A stretch of DNA of 64,000 bases from Cyanophora paradoxa CCMP329. Taxonomy: Eukaryota > Plantae > Glaucophyta. The stretch is from the NCBI GenBank assembly GCA_004431415.1, contig QPMI01000043.1, forward strand, positions 124,001-188,000. The letters run 5' to 3'. The position numbers were made by a program, and so were the translations under genes. The notes beneath the pieces were generated by a model. The model was given only the letters and a program-made list of their open reading frames with translations, made no database searches and had not been told where the DNA came from. Shown one piece after another: positions 11,067 to 21,381 of this stretch (the first letter of the stretch is position 1; every line of letters starts with the position of its first letter).

Positions 11067-12175
11067 ACACATAGTAAAATGCGGAGTTTTAACCCTCGGC
11101 TTATCTTAATTGATTTTGTTGATATATCTCGTATATTCTATTTCAATCAATCGATAATCTGTGTATATCTTATCGAATATTCATTTATTTCGTTTATTTT
11201 GTATTCTTTTCGATATTTTATCGTAAATTTCTCTTATTTTCCAATTAGTCTTACTGAGTCTATCGATAATCTGTATATATTTCCGAATAATATAACTGAA
11301 TCTCAATTAGATCTTGCCTCTGGTTAAAACTCCGCATTTTACTATGTGTGATTGGTCTGTTTGTTAATTGATTTAATCGATATTATATTCATGTACTTTC
11401 TCGATTAAATTTAATTAAATTTAATTCATTTAATCGGAAATATATCGCTAAACTCGATTAAGATCCATAAATGATTCATTTGTTTATATTAACAAATCGA
11501 TCTCTTATTGAATTCAATCGTAATTATACATGAAACTTATATGATTTTATCATTGTTTTGTTGAGTCTAAGGGGGGACCCTTAGGATTTTGGGTGTGACA
11601 GGTGTGACAGGTGTGACAGGTCAATCCCAAGGAAAGTCCTAGTGAGAAATTGATTTTTAAAATCCACGGGATAAACCTGTCACACCTGTCACACAAACCA
11701 TATTCAGTAAGGACCTCATATATTGTGAAAATCTCAGTGTTAGTTGGTGTTAAATCTTTCAGGCAGCATTTATTTGTCAGGCATTAAATCTATCGATTTT
11801 CATAAAGTATTTTATTTTGGCTAAGTCATTGTTTGGATTAACAATGAAATTTCAATTTTATAAAAGTTTTCTAAAAAGGTGCCTGACAATGCCTGACATA
11901 CTATATTAGTGCCTGACAACTATATTATAGTGCCTGACAAACCATATATGGTAATACTATATGTTATAACCTACTTTCTCAGTGTTAGTTGGTGTAGTTG
12001 ATTCAAATAATGCATTTTATACTCTGATTCATTGTTATTTCCTGTGAAATTTGAGTCAACTCAACCCACTTAGTCAACCCTTGCATTGAATTCGTAACAA
12101 AATCCATATACTATCGATTAATATGAGTCAACCTTGAGTCCACTTTAATAATAGGGGGAATCTTGGGGAGATGCT
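11067..12175 (+). repeat. Left terminal inverted repeat, element 1 (1109 bp)
   Basis: Reverse complement of 38873-39981; one mismatch noticed (~11243). Confidence 0.96.
11593..11694. promoter_or_regulatory. Inverted (GTGTGACAG)n iteron cassette, putative origin (TIR copy; mirror at 39354-39455)
   Basis: 3 direct 9-mers, an AT-rich core and 2 inverted 9-mers; homologous 102-bp copy at 20657-20758. Confidence 0.6.
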
Positions 12176-12191
12176 TATTAGATGCTATTAA

Positions 12192-13577
12192 TTAGCTAGT
12201 TTTGGTCCTTTCTCTTAGTGTTCTTTGAGGTTTAGGGGCTGTATATGACTCCTTAGTAGTCTGAAAGTCATTATACCATCTTTGGCTATTCACTTCTGAA
12301 AGTTTCTGTGTTCCTGCTATAGTGAGCTTTTTGAGTTCCCTGTTAACTTTGCCAGCCTTCTCCTTTCTAGCCTCTATCAAAGGCTTATCTGGGACTTCAT
12401 TAGCAGCTTCTATGCCCTCTCTCCTTATAGAAGCATCAACCCTAGCTTCCTCTTTAGCTTGCTCTAAGGCATCCACTGTAGGGGCTTCCAGATACTCAAC
12501 TGCATTCACAGGCAACAGCTCATGGAAAGCAAACCTGTTATCTATGATCTCTCCAGTGGGACTCTTTAGCTTAAACTTAAAGCCTTCTCTACTATCAACA
12601 GTGTAAACCATCCTAGACCAATTGTTACCCTGTTTAGCAAAGGGGTTCTTCTCTACTTTCACTCTAACAAACATGCCAGGCTGCATGGTATCAAGATAAG
12701 CTATTGATTTCTTGAATCTTTCATCTTCTAATCCTACTATATACCTATAATGCTCCTCTGTAGTTTCACCTGGCTTCATCTTAGTAGCTGAGTGAACTGT
12801 ATTATTGTAATTATACTCAATATCACCTAACACATCAAAGAATCTAGCTGTGTTATTAGCTATGCAGTAGTTTGTGATCAGTCTCTTAATCTGCTTGTTA
12901 AAGGCTTCAATTCGACCTTGGCTTCTATGGTCAGCAGTTCCACTCACTTGGTGTTCTATGAATTTACTAGATAAATACTCCTGGAATATTCGATTTTGGA
13001 ACTCACTCCCAGCATCTGATTGAACTTTTACTATGGGTCTTGCCACTCTCATTTCAAGCTGCTTAAATGCAGCTAATGTAGTGAGAGCTGATTTATCTCT
13101 TATAGGTATAATATACCCAGTTCTTAGTGTGGATTCCATAGCAGTCATAAAGGTATCATAGCCATTGTTTTGTTTCTTATAAGCTGGGAAAAAGAGCAAA
13201 TCAATCACATAGGTATCAAGGGGTTGCCTTATTGGAACCATGGGATCTCTCTTCCTAGATATAGCTGGTGCATTGATCTGAACTACCTCTTGTTTTTTAT
13301 AGAACTCTTGCAACTGCTTATAGGATTCATCTGGTAACTCAGCCCTCATAGCTTGAAGCCCTTTGTAACCAGTTCTCACATCATAGAATCTCTTGGCAAT
13401 CTTGCTGGTTTCTTTCACTGCAATAGCAACTGGGATCTCTACTGGGACAAGCTCTTTCATCTCTGACTTTTTGACAATTCGAGATTCCCCCTTTTCCTCC
13501 TTTGGAACTGTGATGGGCAGTAGGTTACCTTGTAGTTGCTCAGTGGTTCTCCTAACTATTCTTCCAGTTGCTGGCAT
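12192..13577 (-). CDS. Retroviral-type (rve) DDE integrase, Polinton c-INT family
   Basis: YVIDLL / VQSDAGSEF / GRIEAFNKQIK DDE motifs, YNNTVHSATKMKP, SH3-like PGMFVRV..NWS..YTV. Confidence 0.93.
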   Translation of the reverse strand: MPATGRIVRRTTEQLQGNLLPITVPKEEKGESRIVKKSEMKELVPVEIPVAIAVKETSKIAKRFYDVRTGYKGLQAMRAELPDESYKQLQEFYKKQEVVQINAPAISRKRDPMVPIRQPLDTYVIDLLFFPAYKKQNNGYDTFMTAMESTLRTGYIIPIRDKSALTTLAAFKQLEMRVARPIVKVQSDAGSEFQNRIFQEYLSSKFIEHQVSGTADHRSQGRIEAFNKQIKRLITNYCIANNTARFFDVLGDIEYNYNNTVHSATKMKPGETTEEHYRYIVGLEDERFKKSIAYLDTMQPGMFVRVKVEKNPFAKQGNNWSRMVYTVDSREGFKFKLKSPTGEIIDNRFAFHELLPVNAVEYLEAPTVDALEQAKEEARVDASIRREGIEAANEVPDKPLIEARKEKAGKVNRELKKLTIAGTQKLSEVNSQRWYNDFQTTKESYTAPKPQRTLRERTKTS

Positions 13578-13580
13578 CTC

Positions 13581-16500
13581 TTAATTAAAAGGAACAGAAT
13601 TAATACCATCTGGTAAGATGTATCTCTTTGCATCAAAGCAGTTTAGGGCAACCCTTCTACTCACAGTGTCTATTATTGTGTGATCTGCCCTTCTTTTCTG
13701 CTTTGCAGTCACAGTCTTGCTGATACCTGCAAATAAACACTGTTTAAAATCATTAAATTGGAGTTCCTCAGTTGAAGTCCCAGAGAGCTTACTCCTCTCA
13801 ATCTCAGCAGTTCTGAAACTGTAAACTTTAGCTCTCAGACCCACATACTCCAATATAGCAGAGCCAGGCATTTCATTTTTGTATTTACCTGGGTCATTCT
13901 GGAATCACCTCCAAGGTCTAATGCATAGGATATATTCTCTATATCTTTTGTAGGGTCTTAGATTCGATATATAGACAAAAGGAGTCAGTATCATGGAATA
14001 GTAACTTTGCTTTTGTCCATTGGGACCTTACAGTATCATAGAAGAACTTGTAGTTATGCAGTTTGGCTGCATCCAGAACATAAGCCCAATAGCAACTGGC
14101 TTATCTAGCTTCACATGCTTTGTGTAAAACTCAAAGGCAACTGCTTTTTCGTTTATGGGACTTGTTGATTTCACCAATGGGGAGGCTGCATATTTCATAA
14201 ACAGTTTCTCACTGTTTGCAATCTTAACCACAGATCTACCTCTGCAAGATTCAATGCATTTCCCATAGATTGAGTTATTCATGAGTTTATAGAAATCAGC
14301 CTCGAATTTATTCACTGCTTTCCTTCTCATGTCAGTATTCAGCTCAATATAGGGTTTCATTACAGGAGCCACAGTAAATGATAGGACCCTGTGAACTTTC
14401 TTTAATTTCACCCCTTTGTCCAACAGATATTGCAGAAGAGGCTCAGAAATCACATAGTTGGTCACAGAACCAAAGGTTGCAGTTAGCTTAGGGGTCTTAT
14501 CAAGCTCTTCTCCTGAGAGATCTAATAGGCTCTTTTGATATTGTGATAATTCTGCATATTCTACTATTTTCTTGTTAATAATTAGGGGGAAATCACTGTG
14601 GTCTAGATATAGCCTAATTGGGTAATCCAGATCAACTTCCAGGAAACTGGATCTGTTATCTTGTGGGTTGAATTCGGTCTCCCATCTAAAATCACCAACT
14701 GGGATTGGCTGACTCAAACAGTAGCCATACAAGTTGTTAGCATCAAACAGCATTATATGGGAGTTCTCACCATCAGCCTCAGCATACCTACAAGGCATTG
14801 TTGCAAAGCCACCCCTGATTCCCCTCTCAACAAATTCGTATTGCTCTACATCACTTATAAGCTCTATTTTTGCCTTGGTGGTCCTAAGCATAGCATCCCA
14901 AGATAACCCAGGTGCAGATACATAATGAACTGGGTCCAATCCATATACTGAGTGTGAAAGCCTTCTGAAGGCTTGGAATTTGTCCATTAACTCATCTACA
15001 TCAGCAGCCCCAAAGTCCATAAAATTACTTGCATCAATGAACTTGTAAAGACCCCATTGCAATGAAAGGTATTGATCAAAGTTTTTCGAAAGGATTTCGA
15101 TTCGCTTTTTATCACCCATGCCTGCTATTTTTCTGAAAATGAATGTCCCACAGTCATCCATTTGGTCAACAACCACTGCTACTTTTGTTTGCTTTGAGAT
15201 TCTCCTATGGAGATTGCAGTTTCTGCATGCAGGAGCAATATAATGACCTGTGTGGTGATCATGATCCCTGCATTTGAAGTTCTCTTTGGTGAACCTCTCA
15301 CTGCAAAGGTAACAGTGTTTAGTAGCCTTGTAAATTGCTTTCTGCTCATCTGTGAGTTCATTCATGGGAATATTGGTAAACAGGAAGTCAATTAGCTCTC
15401 TTGCTTTGGATTCCAAGCATTCAAACAGACCTCCCATTGGATCCTGACCCTCAAATCGAAACTCCTGAACATCTGCCCCAGTGACTATTCTAATGTTGAC
15501 TGCTGAGACTTCCCTCTTGGATTTCGATGCATCAATGGGGATGCTTCTATGTTCAATCTTGCAGTAAACCACAACAGGAAGCCAGACAGTTTTCCTGAGG
15601 TTTTTCAGTCCAAACTCTATTGTGGTGTCAGGCTTAGGGGTGATTCCCTTTGAGAGTCTCCAATCAATGCATCTGTTTGAGTCCACATGAGCAGTGAGTT
15701 TAGCCTCAGACCTGAATCGAGATAAGCATGTATCACAGTAGTGTAACTTTTGATCCTTGGTTTTATCAAGGGCAACTCTGAGAAGTCTTGAAAGGGACAT
15801 GATAGTAATATAGTGACCATTCCCTTCATCATCATGAATGAGCATGAGATTAATCTTTTGCTTTCTGCCTGGGTTGCTGGATTGATGCAGGGGATAAATA
15901 ACCTCTCCATCGATTCCAAATATATTAATGCTAATGCCTGCATTTTGAGCCTCGAATTTATCAATTATTTCAGCATCACAGGCAACAGGGAATGGGATAT
16001 TGTCGAAATTGAGAGCCAAAGGATTGTATGTGGTTGGTGAGTATTTCCATTTGCGATATTGTGTAAGCTCACTTCTCTTGTGGGAATTTACATCTTTCCT
16101 ATGGATCCATGCCAAAATGGCATTTTCAAAGCAAGAATCATCAATATTTCGAATATTCACTGTGGCTTTCTTAGCTGCAATTGATTCTGGTGTTTTAACA
16201 TAGCAGCCACCAGTTGGGGCATAACTCATAATAGCAACTCTTAGCATTTCGATTCTCTCCAATCGATAGCTATCAACAACATTCATCTGTTCCTGACACA
16301 TTTGGGCTGCTTTATTCAGCTCAGTTCGAATATTTCTCGATTTGGTTAATACAAAATAATCGCTGTAAATGTATTTCGATATCCAAACCTGTGGATTGCT
16401 GACTTTAACGAACTTGCAGATAAACGACAAGCGAACTTTGATTGCCCTGAATTGATCCAGACTATCTCTTAAACGTTTTGGTAGAGAGGTTGCAATTCTA

Positions 16501-16821
16501 TCTAAATATTCAATCACATCTACCACAACTTCCCTTCTGGCTCTGTATGTGAGCCAGCGATATAATTCATTCATGGCTGTTCCATCTTCTGCCTCTGGTT
16601 CTATTTGCCTCAGGCGATCGAGTTCATCAAGAGTCTCAACTTTGTCATAGAGGTTATTGGCTTTTCTGGTTAATTTTGCTAAAGTGGGTCTGCCCTTGAA
16701 ATAAATCCGATTTCCCGGTCATATTCAGCCTCTGTGATTTCATGGGCTGCATACAGTGTTCCCAGTAATCCCATAAGTTCCCATTTCTTCTCTCTAATGA
16801 GTCTGTTGCTAATTCGGGCAT
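13581..16821 (-). CDS. Protein-primed family B DNA polymerase (pPolB), split by ~3 indels in this assembly
   Basis: DANNLYG, KLMNNSIYGK, HDTDS motifs; RDHDH..ACRNCN insert; collinear with the intact 1081-aa copy at 47231-50476. Confidence 0.92.
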
Positions 16822-16930
16822 AGTTCCTAACTTGTTCCTACTAAAAGGGGAGGTTTTAAATGGGGAATTCTGAACACAAAATTTGATGAAAACTACTTAA
16901 AGAAATATCTTCTATATATATAAAAGGACA

Positions 16931-17746
16931 ATGGCAGAGAAGAAATCGTATTGCCTGGAAAAGCTCAAAGCGGCTTTAATGTTGCTTTGTGGATCTGATA
17001 ACTTCAATGATTATGTTGCTCTTGGAAGTAACAGGAAACCGCTCCCTCTTTGGGCAAAGCTTGCAAAATATGGATTAAGTGACTATGACCTGCCTCCAGA
17101 GTCTGAGCATTGCGCCTGTGATCATCCAATTAAAGAGCAATGCTATATTCTGCATGTTAATAAAAAGATTGTGGTCATTGTTGGGAATTGCTGCATTTTA
17201 CGATTTATTCCAAAGGGTGCCAGAGGTCAAGATATATGTGAAAGATGTGGAGATCGGCATAAAAACCGAAAGGATAATTTCTGTAATAAGTGCAGGATTA
17301 TCATAAAGGAGGAGGAATTGGAAAGAAAAAAGCAAATCCAGAAAGAAGCAGAGGAGCGAAAGAAACAACTTGAATTAGAAGAAAGAGAGCGAAGGCAGAG
17401 AGAATTAGAACAAGAAAGAGCAAGGAATAGACATGCAGTTAATCTTTTCCTGATTTGGTGCAACCAGTTCATTCCAAAAATGGATAATCTTCGCAGAGAT
17501 GATATAGAGAGGTTCAGAGAGGGTAGATCTGCATTGATTGAAATGTATGCAGAACTCAGTACAACAAACACATTGGTTGCTGGGTTTCAGGTGCCTTTTC
17601 TTAAAAAAGATATCGCAAAAGGATTAGATTGCAGATGGAATAAGGACAAGAAAACATGGGAGACCTTGGAAATCGAACCATTTGTAGCATTGCTAGGTAA
17701 GCATTTCAAACTTATGTATATTGAGAGATTTGGACAGAGAGGTTAA
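16931..17746 (+). CDS. Cys-rich hypothetical protein with coiled coil and C-terminal DUF5710-like motif
   Basis: CACDHPIKEQCYI..VGNCCI motif; VPFLKKDIAKGLDCRWNKDKKTW resembles DUF5710; upstream ACTTAAAG motif. Confidence 0.65.
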   Translation: MAEKKSYCLEKLKAALMLLCGSDNFNDYVALGSNRKPLPLWAKLAKYGLSDYDLPPESEHCACDHPIKEQCYILHVNKKIVVIVGNCCILRFIPKGARGQDICERCGDRHKNRKDNFCNKCRIIIKEEELERKKQIQKEAEERKKQLELEERERRQRELEQERARNRHAVNLFLIWCNQFIPKMDNLRRDDIERFREGRSALIEMYAELSTTNTLVAGFQVPFLKKDIAKGLDCRWNKDKKTWETLEIEPFVALLGKHFKLMYIERFGQRG

Positions 17747-17802
17747 AGAACAAAAAATGATTTAAAGAATTCTCTATATATATTAAGAGAGACAGAGGAA
17801 AA

Positions 17803-18057
17803 ATGCCACTCAGTGAAGCCCAGAAGAGAGCTATGAAGAGGTACCAGCAAACTGAAAAAGGTAAGGCTCAAATCAAAAAGTTTAACGAAAAAATAGCCAC
17901 ACAGCTTAGAGATCTATATCAAACCGATGATACCTATAGAGCCATGAAAATAGCAAGTTCATGTCAGCGAAAGTATGCAGCCAATGCAGTCTGCTTTGTC
18001 AAGTATTTGTATGATGTCCCTTACTCAAACAGAGGGAGAAAATCGAAACATGTCTAA
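17803..18057 (+). CDS. Small basic protein (putative DNA-binding)
   Basis: 84 aa, K/R-rich, upstream AAAAAATGATTTAAAG motif. Confidence 0.6.
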   Translation: MPLSEAQKRAMKRYQQTEKGKAQIKKFNEKIATQLRDLYQTDDTYRAMKIASSCQRKYAANAVCFVKYLYDVPYSNRGRKSKHV

Positions 18058-18269
18058 ATTATTTTTCCCAGCATATTACTAGGCTGGGGATATGCTGTTT
18101 ATTCGCTGAAATACCCATTCATCCTTTTTGTATCTAAACCACTCGATAAGTCGTGTGGAAATATTTCGTAGGGATACTTTCTCGATTTCCAACAAAAAAT
18201 GATTGGGGGACCCAAAACTACTTAAAGAAAAATCTTCTATATATATAAAAGGGACCCCGATCGCTGAAA

Positions 18270-20597
18270 ATGAACGCCAAACAGACCAAGTTAATCAAAT
18301 CGCTCGCTTACTGGCTCAGATCTGATGAGGATCTAGCCAAAAACATGATTATCCCAGTGAAACCTGACAGCAAAGACCCTGTTTTCAAGCATAAGGGAGG
18401 TGCTTGGTCCTGGGAAAAGTATGAAGAAGCGCTGGCAACTAATCAGTATGTATCTTGGGGCATTCTGCTCTCAGACAACATGATGGTTATTGACTTTGAT
18501 GATGAGGAGAACTTTGAGAAATTCCGAGATATGTTTCCTGATGACTTTGATGCCAATCAACCCATGGCAAAAACTAAAAAAGGCTATCATGTCTACTTTA
18601 AACGACCTGAGGAGTTCACTAAACTCAAAATCACCGATAAGGCTCCAGGCTTTAAAGGCTTTGAAAAGGTTGACCTGAAAACAATCACTGGAACTGGAAC
18701 TTCTGGATTGATCAATGTGTGTCCCAGTGTCAACAAGGCTTGGGTGATCTCCCCATGGGATGATACCTGTGATTTCAATGAGCCTACTGATGACTTCAAA
18801 AAGTGGATTATAGATAACTACATCTATAAGAGTGAGTATACTGCTAATGCTACCTCACATGATGAACTGGAAAACAATATTATCAAAGAGCTGGTGGATA
18901 TGGGATTTATGCATCCCAATATAATCTCTAAAACTGAACTTGGCTTTAACTTTGATGCTGCTAACAAGGGACTCAATTGCCCATGCTGCAATGGTTCACA
19001 TGAATCGAATAACTGGTATGTTATGAAAGCTAAAGGAGATGATAACAAATACATTGTGTCAAGCTACAGTGGAAATTGCAAAAAACGATTCATCTGCATT
19101 GGAATGCAATCTGATATCTTCAATCTTATAGATAAATCCGCTGGTTCTGGTGGCGCTCATTATGATGTGAGTTTAGTATGCAAAGAGGTTCTTAAACATA
19201 CATGGAGATACTCCAAAAAGTCATGGTTCAAACTCAATACTGATACTGGGATTTGGGAGCTTGATGACACAAACCTAAAGATTTACCTAGATATAAGCCG
19301 TCTTGTTGTCCCCCAATACCTTGGGAGGGCTGTGCATTATAGTCAAAGAGCTTTAAAGGATGAGGAAAACAAAGCAGCTTTCGAAGAAAGATCCAAAACA
19401 TTGATGACCATTGCCAAAAATCTTAAACAATCAGGATTTCGCAAATCCCTTCTGACTGACTTGGTCCCACTGCTGAATGATGATGAATTCTTTGAGAAGA
19501 TTGACACTGTACCATATGTGATTGGATTCGAAAATGGTGTATTTGATCTGACAACTATGACTTTCAGAAAGGGGAAACTGGAAGATATGGTGAGCAAGAC
19601 TGTGGGTTATGACTATACTGAAAATGTAGACCCCAAGAAAATAGAGCATCTCAATCAGATTTATAAAGAGATTGTGGATGATCCAGCAGAGCGAAAGTAC
19701 CTTCTGGCATCCATTGCAATTGCTCTTAGTGGATCAACTAAATCCCAGAAGTTCTTCATGTGGACTGGTGCTGGTGCTAATGGGAAATCACTTGTTCAGG
19801 AAAACTGCAAACAAATATCTGGTCGTTATTACAGCCCTCTCGAAATATCCTATTGGACTAAGCCTAAAAAGAACTCATCAGAGGCTACTCCTGAACTTGC
19901 CAAACTCCTAGGAAAGCGACTTGTATTCAGTAATGAGGCTGAAGATGGTGATAAACTGCAGATCTCCAAGATTAAGGAGGTCACAGGTGGAAATGAAATG
20001 ACTGTGAGAGCCTTGTTCAAAGACCCAGTTATCCTTACCCCAATGTTTCAGGTCTACATTACAACTAATGACAATTTGACTATAAATAAACCAGACTTTG
20101 CAATTCAAAGAAGACTTTCCTATCAGAGATTCAATAATATATTCAGAGAGAAGCCAGAAGCTGGTCAAAAGAAAGCTGATCCAACTCTGTTCACACTTCT
20201 TCACAATGATGATGAGTATAAGATGGCTCACATGAAGATATTACTGGATATGTGGAAAAACAAAGAGGTTGAAGAGATCTTAAGAAGTCCCCCTCAATCG
20301 ATTATTGAACAGGGAATTAACTTTATAGCTGAAAATGATAAGATTGGTGAATGGCTTCGAGATAATTTCGAGGTTACACATAATGCTAACGACTTTGTTT
20401 CCAGTGATATCATTTACAGATCATACAAAAGTGTTGATGATAAAGTTGAATGTGTATCTGTTATGAAAAGAGTAAGGGAAATCTTCAATGTTAAATCAGA
20501 AAGAAAACGAGTTAATGGTATTCTTGCCAGAGGATATATTGGGATTCGAAAGATAACAAGGGTTCAGGAAGACAATGAAGATGATGCCGAATATTAA
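18270..20597 (+). CDS. Primase-helicase: N-terminal Prim-Pol (bifunctional primase-polymerase), Zn-finger, D5-like SF3 helicase
   Basis: MVIDFDD..KTKKGYHVYF; CPCC..H; IGFENGVFDL; Walker A GAGANGKS, Walker B VFSNE, motif C ITTN. Confidence 0.9.
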   Translation: MNAKQTKLIKSLAYWLRSDEDLAKNMIIPVKPDSKDPVFKHKGGAWSWEKYEEALATNQYVSWGILLSDNMMVIDFDDEENFEKFRDMFPDDFDANQPMAKTKKGYHVYFKRPEEFTKLKITDKAPGFKGFEKVDLKTITGTGTSGLINVCPSVNKAWVISPWDDTCDFNEPTDDFKKWIIDNYIYKSEYTANATSHDELENNIIKELVDMGFMHPNIISKTELGFNFDAANKGLNCPCCNGSHESNNWYVMKAKGDDNKYIVSSYSGNCKKRFICIGMQSDIFNLIDKSAGSGGAHYDVSLVCKEVLKHTWRYSKKSWFKLNTDTGIWELDDTNLKIYLDISRLVVPQYLGRAVHYSQRALKDEENKAAFEERSKTLMTIAKNLKQSGFRKSLLTDLVPLLNDDEFFEKIDTVPYVIGFENGVFDLTTMTFRKGKLEDMVSKTVGYDYTENVDPKKIEHLNQIYKEIVDDPAERKYLLASIAIALSGSTKSQKFFMWTGAGANGKSLVQENCKQISGRYYSPLEISYWTKPKKNSSEATPELAKLLGKRLVFSNEAEDGDKLQISKIKEVTGGNEMTVRALFKDPVILTPMFQVYITTNDNLTINKPDFAIQRRLSYQRFNNIFREKPEAGQKKADPTLFTLLHNDDEYKMAHMKILLDMWKNKEVEEILRSPPQSIIEQGINFIAENDKIGEWLRDNFEVTHNANDFVSSDIIYRSYKSVDDKVECVSVMKRVREIFNVKSERKRVNGILARGYIGIRKITRVQEDNEDDAEY

Positions 20598-20656
20598 AGA
20601 AAACGATTAATGATTGAGATTTACATATATTTTTATAGCCTTACTGAAAATGGTTT

Positions 20657-20758
20657 GTGTGACAGGTGTGACAGGTCCATCCCAAGGAAAGCCCTGGTGA
20701 AAAGTTGATTTTCAAAATCGATGGGATAGACCTGTCACACCTGTCACACCTGTCACAC
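20657..20758. promoter_or_regulatory. Inverted (GTGTGACAG)n iteron cassette immediately 3' of the helicase gene (putative cognate origin)
   Basis: 2 direct plus 3 inverted 9-mers around an AT-rich core, 60 bp after the stop codon; homologous to the TIR cassette. Confidence 0.65.
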
Positions 20759-20826
20759 CTATCGAAAATGACCAAAATTTGACAAGAATACTTAAGGCTT
20801 ACTTGATTGTGTATAGTGAAGACAAA

Positions 20827-21048
20827 ATGGCAAAGACTCTTGATGAGATGACCATGACTGAGTTAGATAAATGCATAAAGCATGGAGATATAGGGGCATA
20901 TATCGAAATGTCACAGAGATTGATAGGTTACAATATGTATGCAGCTAAACCAAAGAGAAATAGATCAGTAAACATTCACATTACTGTTTCAGTGTCTGAG
21001 AATGCAAACAAAAAACAACAAAAGCATATTTACAAAACTTATCTGTGA
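20827..21048 (+). CDS. Small hypothetical protein
   Basis: ATG at 20827 preceded by an ACTTAAGG motif; element-1 specific. Confidence 0.45.
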   Translation: MAKTLDEMTMTELDKCIKHGDIGAYIEMSQRLIGYNMYAAKPKRNRSVNIHITVSVSENANKKQQKHIYKTYL

Positions 21049-21135
21049 CTTGATTGCAAGTATAAAGCCAATTCCTTTGTATATATTTTTATAGCTGCCT
21101 CAGTGGCATACTGAGACCGCTTTTTCTCAATTATC

Positions 21136-21381
21136 TTATAGACCTGGGGGTCCATTGCTACTTTCAGTAGGCAAATAATATTTAATCGGTCTCCCTCTTG
21201 GTCTCTGCTCCTCTTTTTGGGCTTTTCTGCGATAATAGGATGCCAGGGCTTGCTGCTTTTTATACTCTCTATATGCTGGGTCCTCTCTATATCGTTTCTG
21301 CATTGCTAGAATGTGTCTAATAGAACCCTCAGTAACAGGTTCATCACTGGTAAACTCGATTAAACTAATAGTATCCTCCAT
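21136..21381 (-). CDS. Small basic protein with AT-hook-like PRGRP
   Basis: Conserved in element 2 (54423-54668). Confidence 0.75.
   Translation of the reverse strand: MEDTISLIEFTSDEPVTEGSIRHILAMQKRYREDPAYREYKKQQALASYYRRKAQKEEQRPRGRPIKYYLPTESSNGPPGL

Noticed and set aside
10932-11327. Hydrophobic ORF present at both element ends (also 39721-39984)
   Set aside because: Reads through AT-rich TIR sequence from host flank; no equivalent in element 2.
13581-16821. Split or inactivated pPolB in element 1
   Set aside because: A few single-base indels relative to the intact element 2 gene; probably assembly errors, although real mutations cannot be excluded.
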